A DNA stretch of 64,000 bases, taken from positions 125,862 through 189,861 of the forward strand of contig DASWXP010000002.1 in assembly GCA_036405415.1 (NCBI GenBank). Direction: 5' to 3'. Made by a program: the position numbers and the translations under genes. Positions 57,266-64,000 of the stretch are shown here, one piece after another (within the stretch, counting starts at the first letter, position 1; every line of letters starts with the position of its first letter). This DNA is from Minisyncoccota bacterium. Lineage in GTDB: Bacteria; Patescibacteriota; Minisyncoccia; Phycocordibacterales; Phycocordibacteraceae. The notes under the pieces were generated by a model that was not told the origin of the DNA, did not search any database, and saw only the letters and a program-made list of their open reading frames with translations.

Positions 57266-57578
57266 TTCGCCCTTGTGGGACTGAATCTCTCTAAATCCCT
57301 ATGGGCTTTTCAGGGACTTGCGTCCACTGTGTATTCGATAGCAATGTAGGTAGGCACGCATTAGTCAGGTGATGAGGGCTCTCTTGGCATTGCGCACTTG
57401 AGAATCTTCAACACCCGGCGGGGCGGGTCGCCGTTACGGCTCCGTGCTCCCGCAGCTCCGACTTCGCACGCACATGCGGAACATACTTTTCCTCCCCTGC
57501 TAACCCGGATACGCCAATGCGCACCCGATGGTCGTCAAGACTGACCACCAGGCGAGAATAGCACTCTGTAGAAATTTG

Positions 57579-58838
57579 TCACGAGCTTTTCCTCAGGTCC
57601 CTGGATCGGGCCTGCCGATGCTTCGTTATGGAGAACCGGTGCGCTTCAGCGTTCGCGAGGACCGCATCCGCATCAGAGACGCCGGCGCGCATGCCGCCCA
57701 AGACCTCGCGGGGCCTGTGCTTCTCGTCCTTCACCACGGCGATAACCGGAAGGCCGATGCCTGCTTCCTTGAGCACTTCTTCTGCCGCCTTCTTGTGCGT
57801 CTTCCCGCCGTCAACGATAAACGCCCTCGGTAAGGGCCACTCCGGATGCCCGAGCCTGCGCGACAGGATCTCCTTCAAGGACGCGATATCGTCGTTCGTG
57901 GACTTTCCTCCCAGACCTCGAATCTTGAAGGTTCGGTAGTCCTTCTTCTGCGGTGTGCCGTTCTCCACCACCGTCATAACGCCGATCGCATTCGTGCCTG
58001 AGATATGCGCCGTGTCATACGCTTCGATGCGCGGACCCGCATTCTCGCCCCGGTCCTCCTTGATGAGTGAGACGTCCTGGATATGATCGAGCGCGAACAG
58101 CTGCTTGCGCGCCTGTGCAGCCTCCTCGAACCGTTCTTCCTTGGCGAACGCCTTCATATCGCGCTCAAGCTGCGCGCGGAGCGCCTTCACGCGCCCCGAA
58201 AGGTACAAGGATACGTTCCTTATGGAGCGCAGATACTCCGAACGGCTCATATCCTTCGGATACTGCCCTATCTGCCGGTTGAACTCGACCTTCGCCAAAA
58301 GGTGCTTGTTCCCCTCGCCGACCGGCTTCGGCGTGTCATAGAACGGGAAGATGCGACGGATGAGCTTGAGGCCCTCCCGGAGCTGATACCCGGACGGGAA
58401 CGGACCATGCACGGCCTTATACGCTTCTCCCGTGAGGATGTTGCGCTTCGCTTTCATGTCGATCTCGGCGCCGCGCACCGCGAGCACGCGCGGGATCTCC
58501 TCGTCCGTTATAACGGCATACAGGAACGTCTTGTCGTCCTTGCCCATGGCGTTCGCCGGAGGCATGTGCTCCCGGATCAAGGCCGCCTCGCGCACCAGTG
58601 CCTCGAGCACCGTTGGCGTGACTTCATACGTGACGCCGTCCGCCTTCGTTACCATGTCCACGATACGGGGACCGCGGGTGGCGATGAGCTCGATATCGAA
58701 ATAGGAGCGTACGCGATCCCTCAAGGACGTCGCCTTACCGACATACAGGACCTTCTTCGCCTTTCCCTTGCCGAACGTAAAGAGATACACGCCCGGACAG
58801 TCCGGCAGGTCGAATTTCTTCAGGTCTTCCCGCTGCAT
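57579..58838 (-). CDS. uvrC: Excinuclease ABC subunit C, short form lacking the C-terminal (HhH)2 domain
   Basis: GIY-YIG domain (GVYLFTFGKGKAKKVLYVGKATSLRDRVRSYF), UvrB-interacting UVR motif (EEAAQARKQLFAL), RNase H-like endonuclease domain (EAYDTAHISGTN...). Ends right after EAHRFSITKHR. 419 aa. Confidence 0.85.
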   Translation of the reverse strand: MQREDLKKFDLPDCPGVYLFTFGKGKAKKVLYVGKATSLRDRVRSYFDIELIATRGPRIVDMVTKADGVTYEVTPTVLEALVREAALIREHMPPANAMGKDDKTFLYAVITDEEIPRVLAVRGAEIDMKAKRNILTGEAYKAVHGPFPSGYQLREGLKLIRRIFPFYDTPKPVGEGNKHLLAKVEFNRQIGQYPKDMSRSEYLRSIRNVSLYLSGRVKALRAQLERDMKAFAKEERFEEAAQARKQLFALDHIQDVSLIKEDRGENAGPRIEAYDTAHISGTNAIGVMTVVENGTPQKKDYRTFKIRGLGGKSTNDDIASLKEILSRRLGHPEWPLPRAFIVDGGKTHKKAAEEVLKEAGIGLPVIAVVKDEKHRPREVLGGMRAGVSDADAVLANAEAHRFSITKHRQARSRDLRKSS

Positions 58839-58898
58839 GCGCTTATCCTACCGCGCGGCAATGAAAGCGAAAGGCCCGTCCTGGGACGGGCCCCGCAG

Positions 58899-59234
58899 TC
58901 ACGCAACTTCTTCCACATACCTGCTCATGGCGAGGCGGTAATAGGAGCAGAGGTAATCGGGAACCTTTCCGCGATGGAACCAGAGCTCGAAGTCCTCCTG
59001 TGCCCGCTCGAGCACCCGAGGGTCATCCTTGCGAGCCTGATGGTACTTCGCATACGCGTATGCAAAGAGCGACGCGTCATCCATCTCAGGATCCCAGTCG
59101 CGGAATTCCCGGATGCGCGTATCGCCGAAGTATTCGCGAAGCACCGGAACGAACTGCTCGCGATGCCGGGGACACGCGGTGATGAACGCGCAATCGATCT
59201 GGTCGAATTCGTACCTCGTAATTTTCTTGAGCAC
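58899..59234 (-). CDS. Hypothetical protein (111 aa)
   Basis: GTG start with a strong SD GGGAGGG 4 nt upstream. No recognised domain. Lies between uvrA and uvrC. Confidence 0.45.
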   Translation of the reverse strand: MLKKITRYEFDQIDCAFITACPRHREQFVPVLREYFGDTRIREFRDWDPEMDDASLFAYAYAKYHQARKDDPRVLERAQEDFELWFHRGKVPDYLCSYYRLAMSRYVEEVA

Positions 59235-59278
59235 TGTACCCTCCCAAACAGCAGTATTCTAAGCCCTAAGGATAGCAC

Positions 59279-61951
59279 TTATTTCCCCTCTTTCTTCAAT
59301 GGCTTCCTGTGCTTCTTCAAAAGCTTCGCCAGGTACTCGCCCGTATGCGATCCCTCCACTTCTGCCACCTCTTCCGGCGTGCCCTTGGCGATAACCTTGC
59401 CGCCGCCGGTGCCGCCCTCAGGGCCGAAGTCGATGAGATGGTCCGCTGACTTGATCACGTCAAGATTGTGCTCGATCACCACGACCGTGTTCCCGCGGCG
59501 CACGAGCTCCTGGAGAATCTCGATGAGCTTGCGCACGTCCTCGTAATGAAGACCCACGGTAGGCTCGTCGAGCAGGTACAGCGTCTTCATCGTGATCGGC
59601 CGGTAGAGCTCGCTCGCGATCTTCACGCGCTGCGCCTCGCCGCCTGAGAGCGTCGTCGCGGACTGCCCGAGGGTCAGGTACTGGAGACCGGTCGCGTTCA
59701 GGCTCTGAAGCCGGTCTGCAACCGCAGGGATATCCTTGAAGAACTCCTCCGCCTCCTCGATCGTCATCTGGAGCACGTCATAGATGCTCTTCCCGCGGTA
59801 CGTCGCCTCAAGCGTCTCCTTCATATACCGCGTGCCGTTACAGACGTCGCAGGTCACGTACACGGTCGGAAGGAAATGCATCTCAACTGCGATCATGCCG
59901 TTGCCCTGGCATGCCTCGCAGCGCCCTCCTGCCACGTTGAAGGAGAAGCGTCCTGGCTTCCAGCCGCGGGCACGCGCTTCAGGCGTCGCCGCGAACAGGT
60001 CGCGGATATGCGTGAACGCGCCCGTGTAGGTTGCAGGGTTCGAGCGCGGGGTGCGGCCGATAGCGGACTGGTCGATAAGGACTGCTCGGCCGATGTACTC
60101 GGTGCCCGTGATGCTTGCCGCGTTCTCAACCTCCGCCTGACGCTTGGAGAGTCGTGCCGCCACGTTCTTGTGCAGCACGTCATAGAGGAACGTGGACTTT
60201 CCTGAGCCGGACACGCCCGTGATACAGACGAGCTTTCCGAGCGGCACCTCTACGTTCTGGTTCTTGAGGTTATGGAGCGTCGCTCCCTTTATCTTGATAG
60301 AACCTTTCTCGCCGGTACGACGCTCCTCGGGAAGTTCGATGCGCGCCTCCTCGCGCAGGTACGAGAGGGTATTCGAGCCGGAATCGTTCTTAGGCGCAGT
60401 AAGGAGGTCATCAAGCCACCCGGAGACGATCACCTCGCCACCATGCACACCCGCACCCGGGCCGATATCGAGGATATAGTCGGACGCGTAGATCGTATCC
60501 TCGTCGTGCTCAACCACGAGGATCGTGTTCCCGAGCTCCTTGAGATTGACGAGTGTCTTGATAAGGCGGTCGTTGTCGCGCTGATGGAGGCCGATCGTCG
60601 GCTCGTCCAGCACGTACAAGGCGCCTACGAGCCCCGTGCCAAGCTGCGACGCTAGGCGGATGCGCTGCGCCTCGCCGCCTGAGAGGGTGGCTGCCGAGCG
60701 ATTGAGGGTGAGGTAATCGAGACCCACGTTCAGCATGAAGTCGATGCGGCTCGTGATCTCGCGGACGATTGGAAGCGCGATCTCCTTCTTCATCTCGGAG
60801 AGCTCGAGCGTATCCATGAAATCCTTGGCCTCCTTGATGGACATGCCGGCGAAATCAACCACGTTCGTGCCGACATCGGTGATGTTATCTGGATCGACCG
60901 GCATCTTCTTATTGGTCGAGAGGTACACGCGGAGCGCTTCAGGGCGCAGGCGCTTGCCGTTACATACCGGACACGGATCGTCCGAGAAGAGCGACTTCGT
61001 GCCGAGACCGTTACAGGCAGGGCAGGCGCCGTACGGGCTGTTGAAGGAGAAGAGCCGCGGCTCGACTTCCGGGAACGACGCGCCGTCCACCGGACAGATG
61101 AACTTCGCAGAGAGTGTCTCCTCGGACCCGTCCGCGTGTCCGATCTTCACGAGCCCGTCGCTCTCCTTGAGCGCAAGCTCGAGCGCCTCAGAAAGGCGCT
61201 CGCGCGCTGCCTCGGAGTTGCGCTCGAATTCCGACACGTAGATAGCATCGACCACCGCGTCGATGTCGTGGCGCTTGTTGCGGTCGAGCTCTATCTTCTC
61301 GCGGAGGGAGTGCGGCTTCCCGTCTATGAGCACACGCTCAAAGCCCTTCCCGAGAAGGTCATACAGGAGCTGATAGTACTCGCCCTTGCGACCCACGACC
61401 ACCGGGGCGTAGACGGTTACGGCCGACTTATCCACCGCGACACCCATCACCTCGTCCTTCTTGCCCTTGGACCGCTTGTTCACGCGGTCCTGGATGAGAC
61501 GGATCATCTCCTCTTTGGAGAGCTTCTCGATCGGCACGTCATGGTTCACGCAGTACGGCTGTCCCGCGCGCGCGTACAGCACGCGGAGATAGTCATAGAT
61601 CTCGGTTACGGTCGCAACCGTCGAGCGCGGATTGTTGGAACGAGACTTCTGATCTATAGAAATTGCCGGCGCGAGTCCCGTGATCTCGTCCACGTCCGGC
61701 TTCTGCATCTGGTTCAAGAACTGGCGTGCGTACGCGGAAAGAGACTCCACGTAGCGGCGCTGGCCCTCGGCGAAGATGGTGTCGAACGCGAACGAGGACT
61801 TGCCGGACCCGGAAAGTCCCGTGACTACGGTCATAGCGCCCCGCGGAAACTCCGTGGAGATGTTCTTGAGGTTATGGGTACGCGCGCCCTTCACGCGGAT
61901 CCAATCCTCGCCCGTATGCTGTTCGTGTGTCTTCTTCTTCGCGTTTGCCAT
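59279..61951 (-). CDS. uvrA: Excinuclease ABC subunit A
   Basis: Two ABC ATPase modules (GLSGSGKSS... and GVSGSGKST...), zinc-finger Cys pairs, LSGGE signatures. 890 aa. Confidence 0.95.
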   Translation of the reverse strand: MANAKKKTHEQHTGEDWIRVKGARTHNLKNISTEFPRGAMTVVTGLSGSGKSSFAFDTIFAEGQRRYVESLSAYARQFLNQMQKPDVDEITGLAPAISIDQKSRSNNPRSTVATVTEIYDYLRVLYARAGQPYCVNHDVPIEKLSKEEMIRLIQDRVNKRSKGKKDEVMGVAVDKSAVTVYAPVVVGRKGEYYQLLYDLLGKGFERVLIDGKPHSLREKIELDRNKRHDIDAVVDAIYVSEFERNSEAARERLSEALELALKESDGLVKIGHADGSEETLSAKFICPVDGASFPEVEPRLFSFNSPYGACPACNGLGTKSLFSDDPCPVCNGKRLRPEALRVYLSTNKKMPVDPDNITDVGTNVVDFAGMSIKEAKDFMDTLELSEMKKEIALPIVREITSRIDFMLNVGLDYLTLNRSAATLSGGEAQRIRLASQLGTGLVGALYVLDEPTIGLHQRDNDRLIKTLVNLKELGNTILVVEHDEDTIYASDYILDIGPGAGVHGGEVIVSGWLDDLLTAPKNDSGSNTLSYLREEARIELPEERRTGEKGSIKIKGATLHNLKNQNVEVPLGKLVCITGVSGSGKSTFLYDVLHKNVAARLSKRQAEVENAASITGTEYIGRAVLIDQSAIGRTPRSNPATYTGAFTHIRDLFAATPEARARGWKPGRFSFNVAGGRCEACQGNGMIAVEMHFLPTVYVTCDVCNGTRYMKETLEATYRGKSIYDVLQMTIEEAEEFFKDIPAVADRLQSLNATGLQYLTLGQSATTLSGGEAQRVKIASELYRPITMKTLYLLDEPTVGLHYEDVRKLIEILQELVRRGNTVVVIEHNLDVIKSADHLIDFGPEGGTGGGKVIAKGTPEEVAEVEGSHTGEYLAKLLKKHRKPLKKEGK

Positions 61952-62031
61952 AAGTATGGAATGAGGATACCCCGTCCTTGGCGGGACGGGTGCACAACTA
62001 TTATACCATTTATGTTAAGGAAGCGTGAGGC

Positions 62032-62415
62032 TTACGCCGAAGGCGCGAGCATGCTCTCGATCTTCGCCACGATCTCCTCAACCGCGACCTCCGCCTTGAT
62101 GAGGTAGTCGTTCGCGCCGAGCGACTTCGCCTTCTCGATGTCAGTCTCGGCGCCCAGGTTCGATACCACGACGATAGGCACGTTCTTAAGCTCGTCCGTG
62201 CGAGCCCGGATGCTTTCTAGTACCGCGAACCCGTCCATGGTCGGAAGCATGAGGTCCAGGAGCACCAGCACCGGCTTGTTCGCCTCAAGCAGCGCGATAG
62301 CCTCGTTCCCGTCTGACGCGTACAGCGTCTGGTACTTGCCCGCAAGCGTATGCCCGAGGAGGTTCTTGAGGATCGGATCGTCCTCCACTACGAGAATGAA
62401 TTTGGTGTCTGCCAT
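62032..62415 (-). CDS. Single-domain response regulator (CheY-like receiver)
   Basis: 127 aa receiver. Acidic pocket (VVEDD), phospho-acceptor Asp in LVLLDLMLP, conserved T/K (VVVSNLG...KA). No output domain. Confidence 0.85.
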   Translation of the reverse strand: MADTKFILVVEDDPILKNLLGHTLAGKYQTLYASDGNEAIALLEANKPVLVLLDLMLPTMDGFAVLESIRARTDELKNVPIVVVSNLGAETDIEKAKSLGANDYLIKAEVAVEEIVAKIESMLAPSA

Positions 62416-62420
62416 ACCCG

Positions 62421-63503
62421 CTATTCTACCACCGGCAAGGACAAGGTGAACGTAGTGCCGGGACCGCTGCCGTTCGCCTCGAAATTAAGATCTCCGCCAT
62501 GATCGGTTGCGATGGTGCGGGCGATATAGAGCCCGAGGCCGTTGCCGCCGTTCTGCTTCGAGACCGCGTTAGACGCACGGTAGAAGCGCGTGAAGATATT
62601 CGCCCTGTCCGTGTCCGGGATGCCGATGCCCGTGTCGTGCACGCGCACGTAGGCGCGTCCTGCCGCAGCATCGCTCGTGATGCGCACTGATCCTCCTGCC
62701 GGCGTATAGCGGATGGCGTTCTCTACGAGATTGTTGAGCACCCAGCGGATACGCTCGCGATCCACGGAAACAACCGCGCTTTCCGATCCGGACTTCTCGA
62801 AGACGAAAGACACCTGCGCAGTCGCGGCCTGCGGCGCGAAGTCGCGCGCCACTTCCTCGAGGATGTCATCGACGCGGGTCCGCTTCATATCGTACTTGTA
62901 CTTGCCTGACTCGATGCTCGAGATATCGAGGAGCGTCCCCACGACGGACACGAGCTGATGGCTCTTCTCTACCGCACTCGCGACGAGCGCCTTCTGGCTC
63001 TCGGTAAGCTGTTCCATTTGAAGCGCCTCGAGCGCCCAGCGGATGCCCGTAAGCGGGGTGCGCAGCTGGTGCGCCGCGGTCGAGATGAAATCCGACTTCA
63101 CGCGCGATACTTCCATGTCGTGCTTATGGACCTCGTCCACGCGCCCGGTGTATCCGCTGAACGCAACCTCCAGTTCGCGCACTTCCTTGGGCGCCCAGAC
63201 CGTTATAGGAGCAGGCACCTGACCAGACTCGGCGAACGCGCGCATGGCGTTCGCTACGAGTCGGATCGGCTTGGCGATGAAGTGCCCGACCGCGAAGAAT
63301 AGCAGGCTGGTGAATGCGAGCACGAGCACTACCGAAGCCACCGAGATCTCGAAGATAACGAGCATTAGCTCCTGATTCGCCTCGATATCCGTGACCAGAG
63401 GCGCGAGCTGGTCCCTCAAGAAGAGGCCGGACACGAATATCGCGAGACCCGCGAGCGTGAGCACGCATACGAGGAGAAGCGCAGTGAAGACGCGTATGGT
63501 CAT
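62421..63503 (-). CDS. Sensor histidine kinase
   Basis: Two N-terminal TM helices, H-box AAHQLRTPLTGI, and HATPase_c motifs (NLVENAIRYTP, DTGIGI, GLGLYIA). 360 aa. Abuts the receiver gene. Confidence 0.85.
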   Translation of the reverse strand: MTIRVFTALLLVCVLTLAGLAIFVSGLFLRDQLAPLVTDIEANQELMLVIFEISVASVVLVLAFTSLLFFAVGHFIAKPIRLVANAMRAFAESGQVPAPITVWAPKEVRELEVAFSGYTGRVDEVHKHDMEVSRVKSDFISTAAHQLRTPLTGIRWALEALQMEQLTESQKALVASAVEKSHQLVSVVGTLLDISSIESGKYKYDMKRTRVDDILEEVARDFAPQAATAQVSFVFEKSGSESAVVSVDRERIRWVLNNLVENAIRYTPAGGSVRITSDAAAGRAYVRVHDTGIGIPDTDRANIFTRFYRASNAVSKQNGGNGLGLYIARTIATDHGGDLNFEANGSGPGTTFTLSLPVVE

Positions 63504-63520
63504 GGCATCATGCTAGCACG

Positions 63521-64000
63521 CTAGCGGCCGCGCCGGCGGGGCTGCGCTCTCTTCTTCGGAGCTTCTCCGGCTTCGAGCGCGTAAATCTCGTCGCGCAGGA
63601 TGGCTGCAGTCTCGAAATCGAGCGCCTCGACCGCGTCTGCCATCTGAGCCCGCTTGTCCTTGATGAAGGCGACCGGGTCTTCCTTGTAGAGCTTCTGATC
63701 GAGATCGAGCAGGCTTGCAACCGTCTTCTGATGCTCGGTGCGCATGGATTCCGCGATATCGCGGATCTCCTTCTTCACCGTAGCCGGCGTGATGCCGTGC
63801 TCCTTGTTGTATGCGATCTGGATCTTCCGGCGGCGCTCGGTCTCGCCGATAGCACGCTCCATGGAGCCGGTCATGGTGTCTGCATAAAGCACTACCTTGC
63901 CGAGAATGTTGCGCGCGGCGCGTCCGATCGTCTGGATGAGCGACGTTTCGGAGCGCAGGAACCCTTCCTTATCCGCGTCGAGGATACCGACGAGCTCCAC
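63521..64000 (-). CDS. uvrB: Excinuclease ABC subunit B, C-terminal part (partial; continues beyond the window end)
   Basis: Helicase C-terminal motifs ([11 protein letters not shown]) and a C-terminal UVR domain ([24 protein letters not shown]). Confidence 0.9.
   Translation of the reverse strand: MELVGILDADKEGFLRSETSLIQTIGRAARNILGKVVLYADTMTGSMERAIGETERRRKIQIAYNKEHGITPATVKKEIRDIAESMRTEHQKTVASLLDLDQKLYKEDPVAFIKDKRAQMADAVEALDFETAAILRDEIYALEAGEAPKKRAQPRRRGR

Noticed and set aside
57300-57420. Loose resemblance (AAGUCC…CCAUAGGG) to the RNase P RNA P4/CR-I region within the uvrC-ddl gap.
   Set aside because: Other universally conserved RNase P elements (AGGGUGAAA…GGUAAGAGCGCACC, ACAGAACCCGGCUUA) are not present. 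Kept only as an unassigned candidate structured region (see findings).

Overview
High-GC (roughly 60%), gene-dense bacterial chromosomal segment. About 90% of genes lie on the minus strand. Content is mostly housekeeping: cell-wall genes (mraY, a PBP5-like D-Ala-D-Ala carboxypeptidase, uppP, ddl, mltG); scpA and scpB; six aminoacyl-tRNA synthetases (type-2 AspRS, TrpRS, TyrRS, LysRS, AlaRS, LeuRS); the chaperone block grpE-dnaK-dnaJ; a ribosomal-protein/rpoA block (infA, rpmJ, rpsM, rpsK, rpsD, rpoA, rplQ, rplM, rpsI); a complete F1Fo ATP synthase operon (atpBEFHAGDC); a clustered uvrB ... uvrA ... uvrC region with an embedded two-component system; and three tRNAs (Tyr-GTA, Pro-CGG, Ala-TGC). 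Several proteins lack accessory domains (AlaRS without the C-Ala domain, AtpC without its C-terminal helices, UvrC without its HhH tail). This suggests a streamlined genome, possibly CPR/Patescibacteria-like, but that is inference only. A recurring TATACT/TATAGT -10 hexamer sits 6-9 nt upstream of several start codons (uppP, tyrS, dnaJ, ddl and a low-GC hypothetical ORF), which suggests widespread leaderless mRNAs. Most unusual observations: (1) leuS carries an inserted NUDIX hydrolase domain with a perfect Nudix box just after the CP1 editing domain; (2) a tightly packed ATP-cone + PD-(D/E)xK (Mrr-like) + HhH nuclease, a Cas4-like (DUF83) 4-Cys nuclease and family-1 UDG form a module; (3) two secreted cysteine-rich proteins, one with a Kazal-type inhibitor signature, are embedded in the grpE-dnaK-dnaJ locus; (4) a low-GC divergent pair of small ORFs abuts the tRNA-Tyr gene; (5) a SET-domain protein, a 59-aa membrane peptide and a sensor kinase appear translationally coupled. 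No CRISPR arrays, rRNA genes or recognisable transposases were seen.
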